Below, piece after piece: positions 36,743-46,020 of a stretch of DNA of 64,000 nucleotides. The position numbers and the translations under genes are program-made. The DNA comes from Thermoplasmata archaeon (GTDB lineage Archaea > Thermoplasmatota > E2 > JACPAO01 > JAHFTW01), in assembly GCA_034667725.1 (NCBI GenBank), contig JAXDQS010000010.1, positions 224,001 through 288,000 of the forward strand. Direction: 5' to 3'. The first letter of the stretch is position 1; each line of letters begins with the position of its first letter. The notes under the pieces were generated by a model. It worked only from the letters and a program-made list of their open reading frames with translations. It did no database searches and had not been told where the DNA came from.

Positions 36743-37874
36743 CCGCGCCCTCTTGGCCGTCGCGGCGGCGCTGCTGCTGGCCGGCTGCCTGGGGTCGGTG
36801 GACGACGGCAGCCAGGCCCCGCCGCCGGACGCCTGCGCGGACGGCGTGCCGCCGTGCGTCCGCAACGCCGACGCCGAGCTGCTGGAGGCCAAGTACGGCT
36901 TCCGGCAACTCAGCAACGGCACCGGCCGGCCGCTCCAGCCGTGGGTCACGAACGGCTTCGCCGGCTGGTCGGTGTTCTACTCGGACGCCTCCCCCCGCGT
37001 GGACCTCGCGGCGCGGACCCTGGCGGAAGATGACGACGACGGCGCGGCCCGCGGGCTCACGCTGGCGGCCGGCGGCAAGGTCGCCTACACCTTGACGCCG
37101 CTGGCCAACGACGCGCTCGACCACGCCCACGCCCGCCTGCTGCTGCAGGACGCCGCCACCGGCGAGGCCACGCCCCTCGTGGAGGACCGCGGGCTGTATC
37201 CTCGCGCCTTCGGCCCGCCGTGGCTGCTGCTGCAAGAAGACAAGGGCGACGGCGCGCCGCGCGACCTCTGGGCCCTCCACGTCGAGACGCGGGCGCTGCA
37301 ACTGGTCTCCGACCGCAGCGGCGAGGCCCACGGCGGCCCCGTCGTGACCGGCCACGCCGTCGCCGGCCACCACGCCGTCTGGGCCGAGGCCGAGCCCCAG
37401 CCGGACGGAAGCTTCGCCTACTCGGTGCGCACCCGCGACCTGGAGGCCCAAGCCGACGGCCCGACGTTCCGCGTCGCCGGCGGCGGCGAGGTCGACTGGA
37501 TCGCCAGCACCGGCGCCGCCGCGGCCATCCTGGTCGGCCACGACGCGGGCGCCGACCTTTTGCTCTTCGACCCCGCCACCGGCCAGGCACGCCCGCTGGG
37601 CCCCGAGCCCGGCTGGAACGCGGTGCTCGCCGCCGCGGGCGGCGGCGCCGTCGTCGTGGCCGAGCGCCGCGGCGACGACGAGGCCCGGCTGCGCCTCATC
37701 CGCGCCGACGGCACGTCGGAGGCGCTGGCGGACCTGGAGGAGCTGGCGGTGGCGTCGATGGCCACCGACGGCCACGACCTCGTGCTGGTGGCCTACGCGT
37801 CGCCAAGCCGCGGCCTGCGCTACGAAGGCACCCAGGTCTACTGGAAGCCGCTCGACCTCGGCAATCGCGCTTAA
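36732..37874 (+). CDS. Lipoprotein with TolB-like beta-propeller; start uncertain (ACG 36732, ATG 36630 or TTG 36753)
   Basis: Lipobox LLLAGC after SRSRALLAVAAA; repeated beta-blade motifs. Confidence 0.8.
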   Translation, partial: TSRSRALLAVAAALLLAGCLGSVDDGSQAPPPDACADGVPPCVRNADAELLEAKYGFRQLSNGTGRPLQPWVTNGFAGWSVFYSDASPRVDLAARTLAEDDDDGAARGLTLAAGGKVAYTLTPLANDALDHAHARLLLQDAATGEATPLVEDRGLYPRAFGPPWLLLQEDKGDGAPRDLWALHVETRALQLVSDRSGEAHGGPVVTGHAVAGHHAVWAEAEPQPDGSFAYSVRTRDLEAQADGPTFRVAGGGEVDWIASTGAAAAILVGHDAGADLLLFDPATGQARPLGPEPGWNAVLAAAGGGAVVVAERRGDDEARLRLIRADGTSEALADLEELAVASMATDGHDLVLVAYASPSRGLRYEGTQVYWKPLDLGNRA

Positions 37875-37898
37875 GAGTTGCACCTCCGTCGCGCCGCC

Positions 37899-38534
37899 GT
37901 GGCGCGCTTTGCGCGGGGGTCCGCCCCCTGGCTGCTGGCCCCCGTGACCCTCGCGGTCGTGCTGGTGGCCTACGGTCTGCAGTCGAAGGACGTCTGGCCG
38001 TTCGTCGCCGCGGTCCTGCCGCTCTTGGTGTTCGCGTTCTTCATCGTGTTCTTCCGCGACCCCGACCGCCTGGCCTCGGAAGGCATCGCGAGCCCCGCCG
38101 ACGGCACCGTGAGCTTCATCGACGAGGTGGACGACCCCGACCTCGGCCGGGTCGAGCGCTTCTCGATCTTCATGTCGCCTAAGGACGTCCACGTCAACCG
38201 CTACCCGGTGGACGGCACCGTCGTGTCGGTGCTGCACAAGCCCGGCGGCCACGTGCCCGCCTTCAACAAGGAGGCCGAGCGCAACGAGCGGGTCGAGACC
38301 CTGCTGGCCACCGCCCACGGCCGCGTCAAGGTCATCCAGATCGCCGGCACCGTGGCCCGCCGCATCGTGCCCTACCACAAGGCCGGCGAGGCCGCCGTCA
38401 AGGGCGAGCGCTTCGGCCTCATCCGCCTCGGCTCGCGCTGCGACATCCTGGTCGCGCCCGGCACGGTGCGCTGGACCGTCCCGCCCGGCACCCAGGTCTA
38501 CGCCGGCACCACCAGCCTGGGGGCGTTCAAGTGA
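37899..38534 (+). CDS. psd: Phosphatidylserine/archaetidylserine decarboxylase proenzyme
   Basis: FFRDPDR, SPADG, IFMSPKDVHVNRYP, NERV, QIAG..ARRI, RLGSRCD self-cleavage motif. Confidence 0.95.
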   Translation: MARFARGSAPWLLAPVTLAVVLVAYGLQSKDVWPFVAAVLPLLVFAFFIVFFRDPDRLASEGIASPADGTVSFIDEVDDPDLGRVERFSIFMSPKDVHVNRYPVDGTVVSVLHKPGGHVPAFNKEAERNERVETLLATAHGRVKVIQIAGTVARRIVPYHKAGEAAVKGERFGLIRLGSRCDILVAPGTVRWTVPPGTQVYAGTTSLGAFK

Positions 38535-39379
38535 CCCAGCCGCCGCCCGGCGCCCCTGGCGCCCCCGCCGCGGGCGACGGCGACACCTGGCGCGGCTACT
38601 TCCGCGCCGCCCTGCGCGACGAGTGGGACGGCCTCGACCGCATCAACCGCGACCTCCGGCTGGCGGACCTGTTCACGCTCACCAACGCCCTCATGGGCCT
38701 CGCCGCGCTGCTGCTGATCGCCACCGCGCCCTACGAGGCCCGCTGGGACCGCATCCACCTCGCCATCGAGCTGGTCCTGGTCGGCGTCATCATGGACGGC
38801 GTCGACGGCGCCGTGTCCCGCATGGGCAAAGGCAACGGCCCGCTCGGCGCCGTCCTCGACACGCTCGCCGACGCCTTGACCTTCGTCGCCACCAGCGCCG
38901 TCGTCACCTTCGTCTTCATCGACACCGCCCGCGGCGGCGAGACCGACCCGTTCCTCGACCGCTGGGGCAGCCTGCTCGCCCTCGGCTTCTACGTCGTGTG
39001 CGGCCTGCTGCGCCTGGCCCGCTTCGAGTCGCTCCGGGACACCGGCAAGCCCCGCGACTACTTCTCCGGCATCCCGACGCCCGCCGCCGCCCTCATGCTG
39101 CTGGCCATGGTGCTGGTCGAGTCGCCCGACTGGCTGCTGCTGTCGGCCGCGTTCGTGCTCGGCATCCTCATGACGACCCGCGCCCGCTACCCGAAGATCC
39201 GCGGCTGGATCGCCGTCGGCACCGTCGCCATCCTGCTCGCCATCCTCGTGAGCTTCAGCAACCCCGACTTCCAGGCGTGGCTCGCGCGCGGCCTCCTGGC
39301 CCTCATGGCGCTCTACGTCCTTGCCGGCCCCTTCGTCGTGCTCGCCCGCCACGGCGCCAACTTCCCGGGGTCCCGGTAG
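38531..39379 (+). CDS. pssA: CDP-alcohol phosphatidyltransferase (archaetidylserine synthase)
   Basis: DGVDGAVSR...G..LDTLAD motif, LRLARF, FSGIPTP; overlaps psd by 4 nt. Confidence 0.9.
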   Translation: MTQPPPGAPGAPAAGDGDTWRGYFRAALRDEWDGLDRINRDLRLADLFTLTNALMGLAALLLIATAPYEARWDRIHLAIELVLVGVIMDGVDGAVSRMGKGNGPLGAVLDTLADALTFVATSAVVTFVFIDTARGGETDPFLDRWGSLLALGFYVVCGLLRLARFESLRDTGKPRDYFSGIPTPAAALMLLAMVLVESPDWLLLSAAFVLGILMTTRARYPKIRGWIAVGTVAILLAILVSFSNPDFQAWLARGLLALMALYVLAGPFVVLARHGANFPGSR

Positions 39380-39380
39380 G

Positions 39381-40832
39381 ATGCCCAAGGCCCCGCGCCA
39401 ACGACGCACCAGCATCCGCACCGCCAGCGACGCCGTCCAAGACCAGTACGTCGCCCGCATCCGCGCCCTCGCCGACGACCCCACCGTCGTGCTCCCCGAG
39501 CCCGTCGGCCCCGAGCACCCCGTCCTTGCCAAGCTGCGCCGCCGCCTAAAGGCCGGCAAGCTCCCCGTCACCGCCCGCTTCGACAAAGGCCTCGTCGGCG
39601 CCGTCCGCGTCGCCCTGTCCCTCGCCGACGTCGACTCGGCGCCCCGCATGGTGGACGCCCGCGTCGACGGCAACCGCCGCTTCTACCTCCAGCGCGGCCA
39701 CGTCGTCCGCCTGTGCAACCTCGGCGTCCAGAACTGGGACGACCCCCTCAGCCTGATGCTCGCCTACGGCCGCCTCGCCCCCAAGCACGGCCTCCACCTG
39801 TTCGCCGGCGACAAGCTCTGGTGCAGCGGCGCCAAGCCCAACCCCCCGCCCGAATGGTTCGCCGCCCTGGCCCGCCGCACCGGCGTCCCCCTCACCCCCA
39901 ACGACGACGGCGCCGCCTGCCCGCACGGCGACCGCCCCCGCCTCGAGCTCCGTATGCGCAACGGCCCCGCCCTCCTCGTGTGCGGCCCCTGCGGCGCCAA
40001 GTCCGCCAGCGGCGGCATGAACCTCCACGGCCACCTCCTGCAACGCTACCTCAGCGACCGCCCCGCCCGCCCCGTCGAGCTCGCCGTCCGCCTCCCCGAC
40101 GGCAAACGCCACGACCTGCCCGACACCCTCCAGGCCAGCTACCGCGCCGGCCGCGCCGACGAAGCCGCCATCCTCGAGGTCGCCCTCCAGGCGTTCCACG
40201 GCTCGCGCGCCGACGGCGGCTACGTCGCCGCCGGCCGCACCTACCCCACCCAGTCCGCCTTCCTCGACGCCCTCGGCCTCGCGCCCTGGGAAATGGAGGC
40301 CGTCCGCCGCATGACCGCCGACGGCCACATCGGGCCCAGCCTCGACGTGCCCGTGGTGCTGGCGGCGCACGCCGACAAGCTGCCCGAGGCCGTCGAGGCG
40401 CTGCTGCCCGGCGACGGCGCCGCGTTCGCAAGGAAGCACGCCGGCACCGAGGCGCGGACTTTGCTGCGGATGGCGCACGACGAGGCGCAACGGCGGGCGC
40501 GGACCCGCGACTTGCCTGTGCTGGAGGGCGTGGGCCCGTTGGGGCAGTGGATGGACGCGTTCGTCCGGCAGGCGCGGACTTTGGACCGCGGCGAGCTGCT
40601 GCAACAAGTCCGCAAGGAGATCGGCAACCCACGGCACCCGGCGCACCTGTACGCTTTTTTGTGCGCGGCGGGATTGGAAAGCGAGGGGGAACGGAGCTTC
40701 ACCTTGGACCAAAGGGAGGCCGGCAAGCACTGGTCAGGCGCTGCGGCGAAGGTGATGGCTTCCACTGGTGAAGGGTATCGGCTGGCCGTGCTGGAGTATC
40801 TCAGGGAGACGGGGGCGGGGGAGGGGGCGTAG
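39381..40832 (+). CDS. Conserved-looking hypothetical protein (483 aa) with a possible Zn site
   Basis: CPHG...CGPC; GVQNWDDP; strong codon bias; starts 1 nt after the pssA stop. Confidence 0.75.
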   Translation: MPKAPRQRRTSIRTASDAVQDQYVARIRALADDPTVVLPEPVGPEHPVLAKLRRRLKAGKLPVTARFDKGLVGAVRVALSLADVDSAPRMVDARVDGNRRFYLQRGHVVRLCNLGVQNWDDPLSLMLAYGRLAPKHGLHLFAGDKLWCSGAKPNPPPEWFAALARRTGVPLTPNDDGAACPHGDRPRLELRMRNGPALLVCGPCGAKSASGGMNLHGHLLQRYLSDRPARPVELAVRLPDGKRHDLPDTLQASYRAGRADEAAILEVALQAFHGSRADGGYVAAGRTYPTQSAFLDALGLAPWEMEAVRRMTADGHIGPSLDVPVVLAAHADKLPEAVEALLPGDGAAFARKHAGTEARTLLRMAHDEAQRRARTRDLPVLEGVGPLGQWMDAFVRQARTLDRGELLQQVRKEIGNPRHPAHLYAFLCAAGLESEGERSFTLDQREAGKHWSGAAAKVMASTGEGYRLAVLEYLRETGAGEGA

Positions 40833-40894
40833 TCCCCTCCGCTTCGACGGCCTCTCCCCTCCCCTTCAAATCCCGTTCCCCCCTCAAGCCCGCC

Positions 40895-42247
40895 ATGGTC
40901 ATGGAAGGCCTCGGCGAGTCCCTGAGGTCCACCCTTCGCAAGCTCGCCAACGCCGGCCGCATCGACGCCGAGCTGATCAAGGAGGTCACGCGCGACATCC
41001 AGCGGGCGCTCATCCAGGCCGACATGAACGTCCGCCTCGTCCTAAGCCTCTCCAAGACCATCGAGCGGCGGGCGCTTGAGGAAAAGCCCCTGTCCGGGAT
41101 GTCGAACCGGGAGCACGTGGTCCGCATCGTCCACGACGAGCTGGTCAAGCTCCTGGGCGAGCCGCGCACCATCCCGCTCAAGAAGCAGGTCATCATGATG
41201 GTCGGCCTCTACGGCCAGGGCAAGACGACGACCACGGGCAAGCTGGCGCTTCACTTCAAGAAAAAGGGGATGCGGGTGGGCGTCATCGCCGCCGACGTCC
41301 ATCGGCCTGCGGCGCACGCGCAGCTCAAGACGCTTGCCGACAAGGTGCAGGTCATGTTCTACGGCGAGGAGGGGGCGCGCGACGCCGCCGGCATCGTGAC
41401 CCGCGGCTTGGCCGAGTTGCGCAAGAAGAACGACATCCTCATCGTGGACACGGCCGGCCGCGACAAGCTGGAGGCCTCGCTCATCGACGAGATGAAGGAC
41501 ATCTTCGAGGCGGCCAAGCCGGACGAGAAGTTCCTCGTCATGGACGCCGCCGTCGGCCAGCAGGCGGAGTCGCAGGCCAAGGCGTTCCACGACGCCGTGC
41601 AGGTCACGGGCGTCATCATCACGAAGCTCGACGGCACGGCCAAGGGCGGCGGCGCGCTGTCGGCGGTCGCGGTCACGAAAGCCCCCGTGGTCTTCATCGG
41701 CACCGGCGAGCATGTCGACGAGCTGGAGCCCCTCGACCCGAAGCGCTTCATCGGCCGCCTCCTGGGCATGGGCGACCTGGAGGCGCTCTTGGAGAAGGCG
41801 AACGCCGCCATGGAGGGCAAGGACGCGGAGAAGGTGGCGCGCAAGATGCTCACCGGCCGCTTCACCCTCAACGACATGATGGCGCAGATGGAGATGGTCA
41901 ACAAGATGGGGCCGCTCGGGAAGGTCGCCCAGATGCTGCCCGGCAACCTCGGCCAGGCATTGCAAGGCCGCGACATGGAAGGGACCCAGAAGAAGCTCGC
42001 CACCTACAAGACCATCATGACCTCGATGACGGACGACGAGCGCGAGGACCCCAACCTCCTCAAGGCGCCCCGCATCGGCCGCATCGCGCGCGGCTCCGGC
42101 CGCACCACCAACGAGGTCCGCGAGCTCTTGAAGTACTACGAGGCGACGAAGGGCATGATGAAGGGCATCGGCAGCAACCGCAAGATGCAGCGCAACCTGA
42201 TGCGCCAGATGGGCCAGAAGGGCGGCGGCCGCGGCGGGAAGGCCTAG
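40895..42247 (+). CDS. srp54: Signal recognition particle protein SRP54
   Basis: GLYGQGKTTT, DTAGR, TKLDGTAKGGG, Met-rich M domain with RIARGSG. Confidence 0.98.
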   Translation: MVMEGLGESLRSTLRKLANAGRIDAELIKEVTRDIQRALIQADMNVRLVLSLSKTIERRALEEKPLSGMSNREHVVRIVHDELVKLLGEPRTIPLKKQVIMMVGLYGQGKTTTTGKLALHFKKKGMRVGVIAADVHRPAAHAQLKTLADKVQVMFYGEEGARDAAGIVTRGLAELRKKNDILIVDTAGRDKLEASLIDEMKDIFEAAKPDEKFLVMDAAVGQQAESQAKAFHDAVQVTGVIITKLDGTAKGGGALSAVAVTKAPVVFIGTGEHVDELEPLDPKRFIGRLLGMGDLEALLEKANAAMEGKDAEKVARKMLTGRFTLNDMMAQMEMVNKMGPLGKVAQMLPGNLGQALQGRDMEGTQKKLATYKTIMTSMTDDEREDPNLLKAPRIGRIARGSGRTTNEVRELLKYYEATKGMMKGIGSNRKMQRNLMRQMGQKGGGRGGKA

Positions 42248-42870
42248 TGCGCCGCTTCGTCTTCGTCTCGCACACCGGCGACTCCAGCGGCGACTGGCAC
42301 CTCAACGACCTGTCCGCCGGCGCCGGCCGCGTCGACTTGCTGTGCCGCAACGTCCAGTCGGCGTTCTTCCTCAGCCATGGCTTGCGGGAGGACGTCGAGG
42401 CCTACCTCGTGTTCGCGGCCAGCCCCGTGCGCCAGAAGGTCGTCCGCATCCAAGGCAACGCCATCCAGATGCTGCATCCCGACGAGCGCAGCACGGCGGC
42501 CCGCATCCAGCAGGCGCTCAAGGTGCAGTGGTCCGTGCCCGACTGGAAGGAGGTCCAGCGCGGCTTGGCGGTCGCGCGCTTCGGGCTGGAGGAACTGCTG
42601 GAGGAGCTGAAGGGGAAGGGCACGCTCGTCCTCTTGGACCCGCAGGGGCAGCCGGTGCAGGAGTGGAGCCCGCCGGCGGACCCGATCCTGCTGCTGTCCG
42701 ACCATGTGCCGTTCACCAAGGCCGAGTACCAACTGCTGGACGGCATGGGCGCGCAACGGGTGAGCCTCGGCCCCTACTGGTATCATGGCAACCATGCGGC
42801 GGCGGTCGTGCAGTGGCGCATCGACCAGGTGGTGGCGCCGGTGTCCAGCGATCCCCGCAACGCCAAGTAG
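42247..42870 (+). CDS. trmY: tRNA (pseudouridine54-N1)-methyltransferase
   Basis: MRRFV, GRVDLLCR, FFLSHGLR, PDERS, LSDH, SLGP. Confidence 0.92.
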   Translation: MRRFVFVSHTGDSSGDWHLNDLSAGAGRVDLLCRNVQSAFFLSHGLREDVEAYLVFAASPVRQKVVRIQGNAIQMLHPDERSTAARIQQALKVQWSVPDWKEVQRGLAVARFGLEELLEELKGKGTLVLLDPQGQPVQEWSPPADPILLLSDHVPFTKAEYQLLDGMGAQRVSLGPYWYHGNHAAAVVQWRIDQVVAPVSSDPRNAK

Positions 42871-42891
42871 CGCAACTTCGTCCTGCCCCTC

Positions 42892-43515
42892 GTGGGCACC
42901 GAGGTCCAAGGCACCGTCACCGTCGGCGGCCAGAAGGTGCAGGTCAAGGCCGACTTCGCGAGCGACCACGTCACGTTCAGCGGCGGCCGGCGCGGCGAGG
43001 TGCCCTACAGCAAGATCCAGGTGGTGGGCACCGGGAAGGGCGTGCTGCGGCTGCGGGTCGACGACGCGCTCATGGAGTTCCCGCTCGGCGAGAAGGTCGA
43101 CCGGATGGCGAACAAGATCCGCTCGCCGCCCACGCTGGTCGAGAAGCTCGGCGTCAAGCCAGGCATGAAGGTCGCGGGCCTCGACCTGCCGTCCGCCCTC
43201 GTGAAGCAGCTCAAGACGGCCGCGACGTTCTCCGAGCGCGAGCCGGCGCAGCCGGTGCAGATGATGTTCCTGGGCATCAAGGGCGTCGAGGGGTTGGAGC
43301 GGCTCGAAGGGCTTGTGCGCAGAATCCATCCGGACGGCGCCATCTGGGTGGTCTACCCGAAGGGCAAGCGCGACATCCGCGAGTCGGACGTGCTGGCGGC
43401 GGGGCGCGCCGTGGGCCTCAAGGACGTCAAGGTGGCGCGCATCTCGACCAACCACACGGCGCTCAAGTTCATGATCCCGGTCGCAGACCGCCAGGCGCCG
43501 CCCGCCGAGGCATGA
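42892..43515 (+). CDS. Hypothetical protein with a DUF3052-like C-terminal domain
   Basis: LVEKLGVKPG, GAIWVVYPKG, GLKDVKVA. Confidence 0.7.
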   Translation: MGTEVQGTVTVGGQKVQVKADFASDHVTFSGGRRGEVPYSKIQVVGTGKGVLRLRVDDALMEFPLGEKVDRMANKIRSPPTLVEKLGVKPGMKVAGLDLPSALVKQLKTAATFSEREPAQPVQMMFLGIKGVEGLERLEGLVRRIHPDGAIWVVYPKGKRDIRESDVLAAGRAVGLKDVKVARISTNHTALKFMIPVADRQAPPAEA

Positions 43516-43802
43516 CGGTCCGCTGCGCCTGCCTGCATTGGACCTCGCCGCTCGACCTCGTGTCGTTCCGGTTCGCCTGCTGCGCGCCGTGGTGGCCATG
43601 CGATTTGTGCCACCAGGAGGCCGCCGGCCATCCGGCCGAACCGTGGCCGAGCGCCCGGTTCCACGAGCCGAGCGTCTTGTGCGGCGCCTGCGGCAACGCC
43701 ATGACGGCGCCGGCCTACGTCGCGTCGGGGTCGCGGTGCCCGTCGTGCGCCGCGCCGTTCAACCCGGGCTGCCGGCCGCATTGGCCGCGCTATTTTCAGT
43801 AG
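43512..43802 (+). CDS. CHY-type zinc finger protein
   Basis: CLHW..., CC..WWPCDLCH, LCGAC, CPSC..PFNPGC..H. Confidence 0.88.
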   Translation: MTVRCACLHWTSPLDLVSFRFACCAPWWPCDLCHQEAAGHPAEPWPSARFHEPSVLCGACGNAMTAPAYVASGSRCPSCAAPFNPGCRPHWPRYFQ

Positions 43803-44947
43803 ACCTCGAACAGGATGGCGAAGCCTTGGCCGCCGCCGACGCACATGGTCTCGACGGCGAGGCCGCCCCCCTTCTTGCCGAGGGCGTCGAAGATGTGCGC
43901 CGCGATGCGCGCGCCGGAGGCGCCGAGGGGGTGCCCGAGCGCGATGGCGCCGCCGTCCGGGTTGACGATCTCCTCGGGGACTTGCAGTTCGCGGATGCAG
44001 GCGAGCACTTGGCTGGCGAACGCCTCGTTGATCTCGAAGTGGTCGAGGTCGGACACCTTGGTGTTGGTCTGGGCGAGGAGCTTGCGGACGGCGGGGACGG
44101 GGCCGATGCCCATGACCTCCGGCGCGACGCCGGCGACCGCGGCGCCCAGGATGCGGCCCTTGGGTTCCAGGCTGTGCTGCTCGGCGAACTTGCTGCTCGT
44201 GATGAGGCTCATGGCGGCGCCGTCGCTCATCTGGCTGGCGTTGCCGGCGGTGACGACGCCGTCCGGGCGGAACGCGGGCTTCAGGGCCGCGGTGGCCTCG
44301 TAGGTCGAGCCGTAGCGGATGCCTTCGTCCTTGGACACCACCGTGCCGTTCACCGTGACGGGGACGATCTCGCCGTCGAACCGGCCCGCCTTCTGGGCGG
44401 CCTCGGCGCGGGTGTGGCTGCGCACGCCCCAGCGGTCCATGTCCTCGCGGCTGACCTTGTAGCGCGACGCGACCTCCTCCGCGGTGATGCCCATTGCGTT
44501 GTAGTAGGATTTGCGGACCTCGACCATGCGCGGGTTGAGGTAGAGCTCCGGGGTCATGCCGACCATCGGGATGAGGCTCATGGTCTCGACGCCGCCGGCG
44601 ACGATGCAGTCGTTCCAGCCCGACTCGATGGTCGAGTGCGCGACGGCCATCGCGTAGGCGCTGCTGGAGCAGAAGCGGTTGATGGTCGCGGCGCCCGCCG
44701 TGTCCGGCAGGCCGCCGAGCAACGCGACTTGGCGGGCGACGTTGTAACCTTGCGGCCCCTCCGTCATGGCGCACCCGACCAAGACGTCCTCGACGGTGTT
44801 GGGGTCGAGCTTGGTGCGGCGCATCAGGCCCTCGATGCACCAGGCGCCCAGGTCGTCGCTGCGGGTCTTGGCGAACGCGCCCTTGAACGCGCGTCCGATC
44901 GGCGTGCGGCAGGCGTCGATGACGACGGCGTCCGGCTTCACGGCCAT
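43796..44947 (-). CDS. Acetyl-CoA C-acyltransferase (bacterial-type thiolase)
   Basis: RTPIG, INRFCSSS, NEAFA, GHPLGASG, MCVGGGQG. Confidence 0.95.
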   Translation of the reverse strand: MAVKPDAVVIDACRTPIGRAFKGAFAKTRSDDLGAWCIEGLMRRTKLDPNTVEDVLVGCAMTEGPQGYNVARQVALLGGLPDTAGAATINRFCSSSAYAMAVAHSTIESGWNDCIVAGGVETMSLIPMVGMTPELYLNPRMVEVRKSYYNAMGITAEEVASRYKVSREDMDRWGVRSHTRAEAAQKAGRFDGEIVPVTVNGTVVSKDEGIRYGSTYEATAALKPAFRPDGVVTAGNASQMSDGAAMSLITSSKFAEQHSLEPKGRILGAAVAGVAPEVMGIGPVPAVRKLLAQTNTKVSDLDHFEINEAFASQVLACIRELQVPEEIVNPDGGAIALGHPLGASGARIAAHIFDALGKKGGGLAVETMCVGGGQGFAILFEVY

Positions 44948-45030
44948 CGCAACCCGGGCTTGCACATGGTCGCTTCGGCTGGGGAGAGAGCCTTCAACCC
45001 CCAAGCGGTTGGGCCGCCTGGAGCCGCCCG

Positions 45031-46020
45031 ATGGTGGACCTCAACGACCAGCGCGCGCCGGAGCTTACGGACATCCATGTCGGGCAGTTCCGGCTGAGCG
45101 ATTCCGGCTCCGGATGGGTTCCACCGGGCGACGGCAGCAGCCCGTCCGACTGGACGCCGGGCGCCCAGGCCTTGTTCTACACGGGGGTCGTCGTCATGGT
45201 CGGCGGCTTTGGGGTCGGGCTGATGACGGAGGCGTTCGAGATGCTCTTGGTCGGCATGTTCGGCGGCCCGCTCCTCATCCTTGCCGGCGGCATCGTGAAC
45301 AAGAACTCCACCCGGCCCCGCGCGCCCAAGCCCGCCCGCGCGGCCCGTCCCTCCCCGCCGCCTGGCCCGTCCCCCGAGGAGCGGGCGCGGCAGCGGCGCC
45401 GCGCGCGGGAGCGGCGGCAAGAGGCGCGGCGGGAGCGGCAGGCCAAGCGGGTCTTGCGGATGCAGCGCCAGACGCCGCCCGAGGCGATCCTTCGGCTGCA
45501 CCGCGAACCCCGCCTGCCGCTCGTGCCCAAGGTGGCGCGCTACCGCGTCGCGATCAAGCCGTTGGGGTCGCTGCGCGCGATGCGGCAGGCCGCCGCGGCG
45601 TTGCGGCCGGAAGAAGACGCCCGCCTGCCGTTGGAAACGCTCCGGGAAGAATCGGGCCGCACGTTCGTCAACCCGGGCGACGCCGACGTCCCCGTCATGG
45701 CCGTGCCCGACGCCGGCCTTGCCCCGTTGCCGCCCGCCGTCGCCAACGACCCGGTGTACCTCCACTTGGCGGAGAAGGACCGCGCCCTGCAAGCCGAGGC
45801 GGCCCGCCTGGACGCGGCGGTCGTCACGGCCCGTGCGCTGGCGGCGGCGCGGCCCGGCGGCCGGGCGGACGTCGAGCTGGCGCAGGCCAAGCAGGCGCGG
45901 AGCCAGGCCGAGTACCTGCACAAGGTCAACCGCAAGGAGCTGGAGGCGCGCCACGAAGTGCTGCGCAAGAGCTTCACCGCGAAGACCCTGCCGATCGACG
46001 GTCCCGGGACGCCGCGATGA
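45031..46020 (+). CDS. Hypothetical protein: TM hairpin, Arg-rich helix and coiled coil
   Basis: Two TM near the N-terminus; ATGA overlap with the next ORF. Confidence 0.6.
   Translation: MVDLNDQRAPELTDIHVGQFRLSDSGSGWVPPGDGSSPSDWTPGAQALFYTGVVVMVGGFGVGLMTEAFEMLLVGMFGGPLLILAGGIVNKNSTRPRAPKPARAARPSPPPGPSPEERARQRRRARERRQEARRERQAKRVLRMQRQTPPEAILRLHREPRLPLVPKVARYRVAIKPLGSLRAMRQAAAALRPEEDARLPLETLREESGRTFVNPGDADVPVMAVPDAGLAPLPPAVANDPVYLHLAEKDRALQAEAARLDAAVVTARALAAARPGGRADVELAQAKQARSQAEYLHKVNRKELEARHEVLRKSFTAKTLPIDGPGTPR

Noticed and set aside
29129-36949. 2606-aa antisense ORF, and similar long ORFs at 54911-60313, 24999-27827, 21902-24013 and 60906-62870
   Set aside because: Mirror frames of real genes; strong GC3 bias removes antisense stops; no recognisable motifs
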